64,000 nucleotides of DNA, taken from the NCBI GenBank assembly GCA_014905635.1, contig JABVCE010000005.1, forward strand, positions 1-64,000, written 5' to 3'. Below the pieces are notes generated by a model that saw only the letters and a program-made list of their open reading frames with translations, ran no database searches and was not told the DNA's origin. A program made the position numbers and the translations under genes. Numbering within the stretch: the first letter of the stretch is position 1; each line of letters begins with the position of its first letter. Source of the stretch: Scenedesmus sp. PABB004 (lineage: Eukaryota). Below are positions 24,489-34,783 of the stretch, in pieces.

Positions 24489-25925
24489 ATGTCGGCCCCC
24501 GCGGCCGCCGCGAAGGCCCAGGCGCCGCGTCGGCGCCGCTATCCCGTGGCCAAGGTCAAGGGCGGCTGGACGGATGCCGAGGACGCCGCGCTGCGCACGT
24601 GCGTGCCGCGCTGCAGTTGCCTGCTGTTGCGCGCCGTCAGCGGCCGGGCCGCCGCGGCGCCGCCTGACGCCCTCCCCTTGTCTCGCCCCCGCAGGCTGGT
24701 GACGCAGCACGGTGAGGGCAACTGGAGCGCGATCGCGCGCTGCCTGAACGCCCTGTTTGACAAGGGCGCGGAGGAGGGCCGCATCGGCAAGCAGTGCCGC
24801 GAGCGCTGGAACCACCACCTGCGCCCCGACATCCGCAAGGACGCGTGGACGGAGGAGGAGGAGCAGGCGCTCGTCGCGGCGCACAAGACGTGAGGCGCCC
24901 CGCCCGCAGCGCCGCGGCGCCCGCCCTGCGCCCCGCGCGCCGCCGCGCCGCTCGCCCCGCGCGCCGCCGCCCACCCCGCGCGCCGCCCGCCGCGCAGGCA
25001 CGGCAACCGCTGGAGCGACATCGCCAAGCTGTTGTCGGGGCGGACCGAGAACGCGGTCAAGAACCACTGGAACGCGACGCTGCGCCGCAAGGACCTGCTG
25101 ACCCGCCCCGGCGCGAGCAGCGCGCCGCCGCCGACGGCGCTGCGCGCCTACATGGTCTCCGTGGGCCTGCTCGCGCACGGCCAGGGCGGCGGCGCGCCGC
25201 GCGCCGCGCCGGCGGCGCACAAAGCCGCGGGCGGCGTGCGGCTGCAGGTGCAGCTGCCCGCCAGCAAGCGCGCGAGCAGCCCCGGCAGCAGCGCCGGCAG
25301 CAGCCCCTCGTGCAGCAGCAGCGCCAGCCCCCGCGCCGCGGGGCAGGGGCACAAGCGCCCGCGCGAGGCGGGCGCGGCGCTGGACGCCGCGGTCGCCGCG
25401 CTGGAGGCGGCGGGCGCCAAGCGCGGCGGTGGCAGCCCCCGGTGCAGCCCCGCGATGAGCCCGTGCGCGTCGGAGCACACCGCGCACGCGGGCTGGCAGG
25501 ACCCCAACTACGCAGAGCCGGCGGGGCTGCTGGAGCACGGCGGCGAGGCGCACCAGCAGCGGCTGGGCGGCCACGCTGCGGTGCTGGCCATGCCGCCGTG
25601 GCAGCAGGTGCTGGCGATGCAGCAGCTGCTGGCCTGCCACGCGCCGCCGGCGTGGCCGGGCGTGGGCATGCAGCGGCGCAGCAGCGCCGAGGCGATGAAC
25701 CACGGCTGCGCCCCGCGCGACGGCGCGGGCGCGGACGCTGCGCCGCTGCTGGCCATCCAGCCCCTGGAGCTGGGCCTGGCCGGCGCGGCCACGGCGGCGG
25801 CCGCGCACCCGCCCCCGCAGGAGGCGGCGGGCGCGGGCGCGTGGGACGGCGAGGGCCCCGTGAGCGACATCCAGGCGGCGGAGCTCATGCTCGCGCTGCG
25901 CTCCGCCGTGGTGCACAGCGCCTGA
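24489..25925 (+). CDS. R2R3-MYB transcription factor, 3 exons
   Basis: [80 protein letters not shown] at 26015-26019. Confidence 0.97.
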
Positions 25926-26603
25926 GCGGCGCGGGCCTCCTCCGGGCCAGCTTTTTGTTTTAACGCAACGTTTGCAGCGCACGCGCGCTGCAAACGCGCC
26001 GCCGCCGCTGTCGTTGTAACCGCCTCGCCACGCTCTCGCCACGCGCTCTGTCTGCCATTTAGACGCGGTCTCTCAATATCTGCTGGATCGCAGCGCCCTG
26101 GCCGCTCCCACGGGCAGGGTCCTCCGCCCCGCGGCAGGTCTCCAACATGATTGAAGCCTCTGCTGATGAACTGCCGGGCTGCTGCACGCCACGCGACGGG
26201 CAGCGGTGGCGAATTCGGCATTTTTCGACTGCGCGGGCGTCACGCGGCAAAATGCGACGACGATGGGGCCCAAGGGCCGCGACGACGGCTGGCACGCGGT
26301 CGCGCGCCCGCGGGCGTGCCGCGACTAGCTATCGTCGCCGTCGCCGCCCGTGCATCAGCGCCGTCGCCGCCGCGGAAGCCGCTTGCGCGTGGGCGCGTCT
26401 GCCGCCCCGGCGGGCGCAAGGTAGGCCAGGGGCATTGCCAATCAGCGCGATGCGGGCGCCTGGGACCCATGCGCGGGCGGCGGCGGCAGCTGCGCAGCAG
26501 CGCTGCTGCGCTGTGCCGCGCGCGCACGCCACGCATCCGTTGCCGGCCGCAGAGGACACATGGGGCGGGTCTGAACGCGGCGTGAGCGCACGGGCAGGTC
26601 GGA

Positions 26604-29600
26604 ATGGGGACCAATGACTTCATGTGAGTCGGCAGCCCGCGCTGCTCTTCCTGCCGCCGGCCAGCGTGCCGGCGCGGCTGCACGCGGCCGCGCAGGCGCT
26701 GTGCGCGCCCGTGTCGCGCTGCAGCCGCGCCGCGCTGCAGCAGCCGCTGCTGCGGGCTGCCGACTGCCAGTGGGTTCCAGCGCGGGCAGCCGCGCTCTTG
26801 CCGAGACACTGCCGGCGACGCTGCCCGTGTGCCGCCTCGCAGTGGTGTTTATGAGCACCAGGGCCGCTTTCGCATGCGCTTCAAGGGCAAGCACGGCGGT
26901 TGCTTTGACACGGCTGTGGAGGCGGCGCTGGCGCACGACGAGGCCGCGCGCCAAGCCCGCTCCAAGGCGCGCCTCAACTTCCCCGGTGCGCCGCGCCGCT
27001 GCTGCTGATGATGCCGCTGCCCGCCGCCGCTGCCCACGCGCCCCACCGCCTGCCGCCAGGCCCCGGAGAGCGCGGCACCACGAGCCAGTTCCTGGGCGTC
27101 TACCGCTTGCCCGGCGGCAAGTGGATGGCCGTCGCGCGGTGCCAGGGCCGCTTCCACCGCGCAACCTTCATTCACGAGCTGGACGCAGCGTGGTGTGCGT
27201 GGCGCTGGCGGCAGGAGCTCTGCCTCAAACATGCAGGTCGGCGCGGCTGACCCTCGGCGCGGCTAACCCCCGCTGGCGCGGTCCTGCCGCGCTCCGCTCG
27301 ACTCCGCCACCGCCTCCGCCGCGCGCATGTTTGTCATGGCCAGACAAGCCGCCGTCAACGCAGCCGCCGCTGCAGTACGCCGAGCTGTTCAATGCCTGGT
27401 GCCAGGGTGCGTGCCCGCTGGCTCGGCCGCGCCACCGCGGCGCCCGCTGGCAGCCGCCCGCTGGCAGCCGGGCTGCGGCCCACCGCGCCGGCACGCTCGC
27501 GGGCTCACGCGCCGCCCGCCGCCCGCGCGCCGCGCGCGCCCGCGGCGCAGGCTCGCCGGCGCTGCAGGCGGGCGCCGAGGGCGAGGGCGCAGCGGCGGGC
27601 GCGCCGGGCGGCGCCGCGGGAGACGGCGGCGGCGGCGGCGCGGGTGCGCCTGCTCGTGCCTGCTTGCCCGCTGGCTCGGCCGCGCCGCGGCGCCCGCTGG
27701 CAGCCGGCCCGCAGCCCGCCGCGCCGGCGCGCTCGCCGGCACGCTCGCGGGCTCACGCGCCGCCCGCCGCCCGCCGCCTGATGCCTTCCGCCCGCCGCCC
27801 GTGCCAGGCCGGGGGCCAGCATCGCGGCGGCGCAGCTGCCGGCTCGGGCGAGGGAAGTGGCGGCGACAGTGGCGCAGGTGCGGCTCGCCGGTAGGCGGCA
27901 GGGGGCTGCTGTTGCGCTCGCACCGCGCCGCAACCTCCTGCTACCACCTGGCGCCTCGCGCAGGTCAAGCCTGGCCGTGCGGCGGCGGAGCAGGCGCCCG
28001 CCGCCCCTCGCACCGCGCACGCACAGCCTGGACGCCTTGATTGACTCGCTCGTGCCGCACGCGAGCCGGCAGCACATGGACGACGGCGCTGACCCGGCGT
28101 CGAGGACGTACCAGGAGCTGATCACGCCGCACCTGCTCACCCTGCTGCGCGGCTTTGCGCCCCACATCATCAAGGGTGCGCGCCGGCGGCGCGCCTCACC
28201 ATGACCCGCGGCCGCAGCCGCCACTGACGCTGCCGCTGCCACCCCCGCCCCCCGCCCCTGCCACCACCGCCGCGGTAGCGATGCTGCGGCGGGCGCCAGA
28301 CACCCCAGGCGTGTCGGAGGGCCTTGTGATTGCAGTGCACCTTCATCGGCTGGCCCAGCTGTCGGCGGCGGCAGCGCAGGCGACCTGCGGCACATCCCGG
28401 GTGCCTGTCCTCACCGCAATCGACTACGAGGTGCTGCTGAGAGTGCGCGAGTTCTTCCACGGCCCCGCCAGCCACGTCCCTGTGAGCCCGGTGGTGGAGA
28501 TGGGCACGCAGCTGCTCAGCGCCGAGGCCTTCAGCGCGGGCACCAGCCAGGTGGAGCACGCGCTGCCGCATGCTGCGTCTGTGCAGGCCCTCGTCGCCGC
28601 CCTGCCCGGGTGGCGCGCCCTCGTGCGCCAGAGCCGCAGCATCTACGCCGCGCTGGGCAGCGGCGCCGGCAGCAGCAGCAGCGACGCCGACGGCGACGCA
28701 GACGGCGACGGCGACGGCGACGCCGACGGCGACGCCGTGCCAGACGCTGCGCTGCTGCGGCGCGCGTTTGGCCACCTGCCCAAAGCCAACCGCATCATCG
28801 TGGAGCGTTCATGGGAGGCGCACGTCGCGCCGGGCGACACCTCACGCCAGCATGCACAGCATGGCCTGCCAGAAGCTCAGCGAGGCGCTGCCAGACAACT
28901 CGCTGCTGATGGCTTGGAGCGCCAGCTCGTTTGACGAGGGCCTGTACACGCAGGTGGCCGACCGCGCCGCACCGCCTACCACTCAGCTGCCGCCGCCTGG
29001 TTGGGAGGTTTGCAGCTGAGCCGCTGATCGCGCCCTGCCGCCGCCCCCCTGCACCCACCGCCCGCAGGGCCACCTGTATGGGCTAGGCAAGCCACCTGGC
29101 GTCGGCTTCACCAACGCATACCCGCTGGGCCGCGAGGTGATGCAGCTGGTCAGCGGCCTCGTCGTGGCGCTGTGCCGCTCGGGCCCCAACCAGCCCGAGC
29201 GGCTCGTCTGCGAGGAGCTGGACAGGGTGCTGCGCGCTGCGTCACCAGAGGTCATCGCAGCGGTGGAGGGCGTGCGCGCCGCTGAGCGCGCCGCCAACCA
29301 GGTCGCAGCGGGCCGCCTGTACAACCGCGTCATGTCGACCAAGCTTGAGTCCGCGTACGCAGCGTTCGTCGCCTGCACGCCCGCCGTCGAGCAGGTGCGC
29401 AGGTGCTCCAAGGTCGAACCTGCTATACCCCCCCCCCCCCCCCCGCGCTCCCACACCGCACTGCCCGCTGCCATGCGCAGGAGCACACGGCAGTCGCGGA
29501 TTGCCGGTGGACGACTGCTGTCATGCTGTGCCTGGGCGAGGCGTTCAGCACCGGCGACGCTGCGGCGTACCTGCGCGACGCCGCGCTGCTGCAGGCGCAG

Positions 29601-29902
29601 ACACTGGCGACCTCCGCGGCCGCAGAGGCGTTCCAGGCCTCGGCCATGCTGCAGGGTTTGCATGCGGCTGACCACGCGCTGCGCGAGAAGGGCGTGAGGG
29701 CGGTAGCGCACGCGACCGGGCGGCTGCAGGTGGCGCAGATCGCCGCGACGTGGGCGGCCACGCCCGACGCCGCCGCGTCGGCGGCTGCGCTTGCGAGCGC
29801 CGCCACTGCGGTGTCACACGCCACGGCGGCCGCAGAGCGTGAGGCGTGCGTGGCGCGCGCTGCCGCGCAGAACCTGGAGGAGGAGCAGCAGCAGCCGCAT
29901 GT

Positions 29903-29944
<42 letters not shown>

Positions 29945-31507
29945 GCAGCAGCAGCAGCAGCTGGAAGAAGATGAGCAGCTCCCGGGGCCAGCGCGGGCGG
30001 CGCACCGCAAGCGGCGCTGCTGTGCGGGTGCGGCTGCACCGGCAGAGGCGGCCACGCTGGCAGAGGTGTACGCGCAGTTGGCAGCCGCGCACGCAGCGCG
30101 GGCGGCGGCCGAAGCGCGCGTCGCTGAGCTGGCGTCGGCGCTCATCGAGCACACGGCAGGCGCGGCCAAGTGCGACGCAGAGCTGGCAATGCGCAAGGTC
30201 AAGCTGGCAGAGCGCGAGGCCAACCTGGCGGCGTGCGAGGCGGCGCTGGCCGAGCCGGCCGCGCACCGAGCAGCCGCGCGGCTGGAGCCGGAGCTGCAGG
30301 GGCCGCCGGCGCCGGCGGCCTTCGCCGGCGGCGGGGCGCCGGGCGCCGCCCGCGAGCCCGGCGGCGGCGGCGGCGGCGGCGGCGCGCCGCCCGGCAGCAG
30401 GGGCAGCACGGGCGACGCGGCGATGGAGCCGTGCGGCGAGCTCCCGCCGGGCATGGCAGACCTGCTGCTGGGCCTGGTGGAGCGCGAGGCGGGGCTGGCC
30501 GAGGAGCAGGGGCAGGCGCGGCAGGCGCAGCAGCAGGACGTGCGGGCGCAGGCCGGCGCCCACGGGGCGCTCGGCGAGCCTTGGCGGCTGGGGGACGCGG
30601 CGACGCAGGCGTGGGCCGGGTGCGACCTGCTGGACCTCACGGGGCTTGACGACGGCGTGCTGGACCTGGAGGGCCTGCCGGCGGCCGCCAGCCAGCCCGA
30701 GGCGGCGCTGGCCGAGCCGGCCGCGCAGCGCGCAGCCGCGCGGCTGGAGCCGGAGCTGCAGGGGCCGCCGGCGCCGGCGGCCTTCGCCGGCGGCGGGGCG
30801 CCGGGCGCCGCCCGCGAGCCCGGCGGCGGCGGCGGCGGCGGCGCGCCGCCCGGCAGCAGGGGCAGCACGGGCGACGCGGCGATGGAGCCGTGCGGCGAGC
30901 TCCCGCCGGGCATGGCAGACCTGCTGCTGGGCCTGGTGGAGCGCGAGGCGGGGCTGGCCGAGGAGCAGGGGCAGGCGCGGCAGGCGCAGCAGCAGGACGT
31001 GCGGGCGCAGGTCGGCGCCAGCGGCAGGGCTCGCCGAGCGCGCAGCAAGCCCTCTCTGCGCCTCACAGACGAGCAGCACGTGGCGATTCGCGAGAGCGTG
31101 GAGCGCAACCACGCTGCGTTTCCTGCCAGGTGTGTTGCCTGGCCGGCGGCTGATATGACCGGGGCTGGGCGGCCCCACACCGCACCCTGCCCCCCCCCCT
31201 ACGCTCGCCGCAGTTACACAGAGCATGTGCTTCGGGAGATGCAAGGCTGCTGGCCGGGCCTGGCAATCACCAAGTCCTACGTGCGCAGCATCAAGTTCAA
31301 GTCCACGCGCGTCGCCGCACCGCCGCCGCCGCTCGGTGACGGCGGCGAGGCCAACCCCCGCGTGAAGCTGCTGGCGCGGCAGCTGCAGGGAGCCGACTGC
31401 GGACGCAGCGCGCCGCCCGCCAAGGCGGCCAAGCGTGGGAGCGCCGACAGCCCGCACTCGCAGCGGCAGCAGCTGCACCTGCAGCAGCAGCAGCTGCAGC
31501 TGCAGCT

Positions 31508-31552
<45 letters not shown>

Positions 31553-31985
31553 CCTGCAGCAGCAGCAGCAGCACCAGCAGCACCAGCAGCAGCACCAGCA
31601 GCAGCACCAGCAGCAGCAGCGGCTTCACATCCACAGCATGCTGACCGCTGGCACCGCGGACCTGGCAGGGGACGTCGACGCGGTGGCGGCTGCCGCGCCG
31701 CCCTGGCCGGCGCTGCACCTGCTGCACCTGTGGCCGGCAATGCAGCCGGCCCTGGGCGCAGCGGCATGCCTGCAGCTCCCGGCTGGGCTGCATGCCGTCG
31801 GCTGCCCTGGGGACGAGGCGCTGTCGTCGTCGGCGGCGTGGGCGGCGGCGATAAACGCAGCAATACCCAACGCACCGCCGCGCCCAGCATCGGGGGACGC
31901 GGCCGCGCTGTTGGCGGCGGCCTGGGCGGCGGCGATGCGTGCGGCGACCCCAAATGTGCTGCGCCCGGCGGCCGGGCACCAGTGA
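26604..31985 (+). CDS. Large orphan protein (about 1374 aa, 12 exons) with two N-terminal AP2-like DNA-binding domains, internal duplication and polyQ
   Basis: Exons 26604-26623, 26843-26985, 27060-27236, 27344-27406, 27551-27643, 27808-27877, 27964-28175, 28300-28817, 28873-28953, 29068-29394, 29481-31129 and 31214-31985 join in phase (4125 nt). Motifs FIGVYEHQGRF...FDTAVEAALAHDEAAR...ARLNFP and TSQFLGVYRLPGGKWMA...FIHELDAA. Confidence 0.7.
26632..26753 (+). repeat. 122-bp inverted copy of mTERF coding sequence (partner 33295-33416) inside intron 1 of the AP2 gene
   Basis: Encodes QPALLFLPPASVPARLHAAAQALCAPVSRCSRAALQQPLL in both places; one mismatch seen. Confidence 0.95.
30236..31019 (+). 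repeat. In-frame direct repeat: 30236-30560 and 30698-31019
   Basis: EAALAEPAA.RAAARLEPELQGPP...QQQDVRAQ occurs twice; differs by a few substitutions and one GGC. Confidence 0.97.
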
Positions 31986-32055
31986 GGCACGCGTCACGGA
32001 AGGGAAGGGTAACAGTTGCACCACGCCCGCCGACGCTCACCACGCCCGCCGACGC

Positions 32056-34279
32056 TCACGCCCCTGCCGCGCCGCTGCCACCCTCCTGCCGGCCAGGCCC
32101 GCCGCCGCTGCCCGCGCGCCGCGCCCCGCCGACTGCTGGCGCCTCGCCCCGCCGCGCCGTCGCCTGGGCCGACGACCGGGCCGGCCTCGCCGCGCCGCGC
32201 TCGCGCCGCTGCCGCTTCTGCAGCTGCGGGGCCGTCACGCGCCAGGGGGCGGCCGCGCTGTGCGCCTGCGTGCACGTGTGCGGGGAGGGGGTGGCGGCGT
32301 GTGAGCGCGCGCGCGCGCGCGCCGTGCGACGCCTCGCCGCCGGGCCGCGCGCGCACCTGCGCCGTGCCGTCGGTCCAGCAGCGCCACTTGGCGTACTCGG
32401 GGAACGCGGCGGCGAAGCGCGCCTCAGGCAGCTGCACCGCCTCCATGAGCGGCACCGCGCTCTCGCGCCCCGCCTCGACGAGGTACTGCAGCCGCCGCCA
32501 CGCGACGGGCAGGTGCAGCACCACCACGCCCAGCAGCACCGGCGGCAGCGCGCGGAAGGTGGCGTGGAACACCGCGTCGCGCAGCATCAGCTCGCGCAGC
32601 CAGCGGCACCTGCCGCCGAGCCGCAGCGCGGGCAGCGGGGCGGGCTCAGCGCCGGCGCGCGCCGGCGCGGCGCGGCGCACCCAGGAGCCGCGCGGGCGCG
32701 GTCCCGCCGCCCACGTGCACGCGCACCTGCCGTGCACCTCGCGCGGCGAGAGCCGCAGCAGCAGCGGGTGCTCTGCCAGCAGCGCGGCCTTGTAGTCGGG
32801 CGGCAGGCGCCAGATGGACAGCGCGCGGTAGCTGCGCGCCAGCTGTGCCTCGCTGCGCGTGAGCAGGCAGGGCCGCGCGCGCGCCATGGCCTGCGCTGCG
32901 CCCGGGTCCACGCCGGTGAGGGAGCCGATGAACACAAGCCGCGCGCCGAGCTGCCCCGGGCCGCGCGTGAGCAGGCAGGGCTCCTCCAGCACCAGCCGCC
33001 GCAGCAGGGCAGGCGTGGCCGCCAGCAGCTCGCCCAGCGCGCCGACCTTGTCCGACACCCCCGAGGCGCTGTACTCGAGCAGGCAGGGCGCGGACGCGAC
33101 GAGGCGCAGCGCCTGCGACCGCGTCAGCGCCAGCACGCCCTGCAGGTTCGCCAGCTTTGCCGCCAGCGTGGCGGGCGCGGCGGCCAGCAACTGCGGGCGC
33201 GCCATCACGATCCCGCACGCCTGCGCCGGCGGCACCTTGAGCGCCGCCGCCGCCGCGCGCACGCGCGCCTGCAGCGCCGCGGGCTCTGACAGCAGCAGCA
33301 GCGGCTGCTGCAACGCGGCGCGGCTGCAGCGCGACACGGGCGCGCACAGCGCCTGCGCGGCCGCGTGCAGCCGCGCCGGCACGCTGGCCGGCGGCAGGAA
33401 GAGCAGCGCGGGCTGCTTGCGCGCCGCGGCCGCGACGCTGCGCGGCGTCGTGCGCAGCGCGCCCGCGAGCCCCGCCAGCGCGGCGCCGAGCTCCTCCGGC
33501 GTGGCCGCCGCCAGGCGCGGCTCGCGTGCCGTCAGCGTCGCCAGGCCCTCCCGGCTGCTGTGCAGCAGGGCCGCCAGCGACGCGCGCTGCTGCGCGGCGA
33601 GACCCTCCGCGTGCGTCAGCGCGGGGCGCTGGAGCGCTGGCGGTGCCGCCGGCTGCGGGGGCTGCGACGCCTGCTCCTGCTGGCGCGGCTCCAGGTGCGC
33701 CGGCCGCTGCAGCAGCTGCGGCGGGCTGTGGGGCGCGCGCTGCTGCTGCTCCGGCTGTTCATGGTGCTGCTGCTGCTCCGGCGGCCCGTCGTCGTGTCCG
33801 TGCTGCTGGTGATGCTGATGCTCGCCCGCCGCCGGCTGCGCCTGCCACACGTTTGCGCCGGGCTCAGGGAGCAGCTCCTGTGCCAGCAGCTCCAGGTGCT
33901 GCACGCTGGGGACAAACAGGCCTGCTGCGCACGGCGGCAGCGCGAGCGGTCGTCGGGCGGCGGCGGCGCGAGCGGTCGTCGGCCGCGCCCGCCATGCCCC
34001 TGCTGCGCCGGCTCACCCGTTGCCGCCCCGGCCTTCTGGGGCTTGGGCGCGGCGGTCGCGCGCAGCGCCGTGCCCCGGCGAGCCGGCCGGTGCAGCCGCC
34101 CGGCAGCAGCAGCGGCGGCGGCGCGCCGCGGCTCGTGCTGGACCTGCGCGGCGCAGCAGCGGCGTGGCGCGCGGTGGGGACAGGCCCCGCGCCGTGGGCG
34201 CGCCCGGGGGGGGGGGCCGCGAGGCCCGCGCGCGCACCTGGCCGCGCGCGAGCGGTGGCGCCGCCCGCCCCAGCATCAT
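32056..34279 (-). CDS. mTERF-repeat protein, probably plastid-targeted, 5 exons
   Basis: Repeated helical units ending in P-x-L-L (REPRLA, KQPALL, QQPLLL, ARPQLL, SAPCLL, EEPCLL, EHPLLL); transit-like N-terminus MMLGRAAPP. Confidence 0.85.
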
Positions 34280-34783
34280 GGGGCCAGGCTCGCCACGCAA
34301 TTGGGTTGTGCGGTGACTGGGGATCGCGCGGGGGCCGCCCTGAGTGCAGGCGCTGCGCTGGCTCCCTGGGCGGCAGATCCGGTGCCTGGCGGGCGCGCTG
34401 GACGGCTGCGGCACGCCCTTCGACCACGCAGCGATCGGGCGGGGCCGGCGTGTGCGCGCGGCAGCCGGCGCGCGGCCGCTCGCCGCCGCCAAGCGACGCG
34501 GCGTGCCTGCACCGCCACGCGCGGAACCGGTTGCAGGCGCCAGTCACGCCGCACACAACAACATGAGGACCCGGCACACCACAGCCAAACTCCAGGCGCT
34601 CTGCCGCGGTGCCCAGCCACCGCCGCCGGCTGTGCGTCCGGCGGCGCGCCCGGCAGACCGCCGGCCCCTGGTGCGATGCAACCGATGCCCCCGACGCCCC
34701 CCCCCCCCTGCTTGCTGCCGCTGCGGTGCAGTCCGGTGCGCCTCGACGCTCAAAAACGCGCGCTCGCGCCGCGCCGCGCCGCC

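Noticed and set aside
28800..28934. Apparent frameshift or premature stop in the AP2 gene
   Set aside because: A 55-nt GC-AG intron (28818-28872) restores the frame; not called a pseudogene, pending RNA evidence
26632..33416. 122-bp inverted repeats as transposon TIRs
   Set aside because: One arm is in-frame mTERF coding sequence and the other lies inside an intron; no target-site duplication or transposase motif recognised
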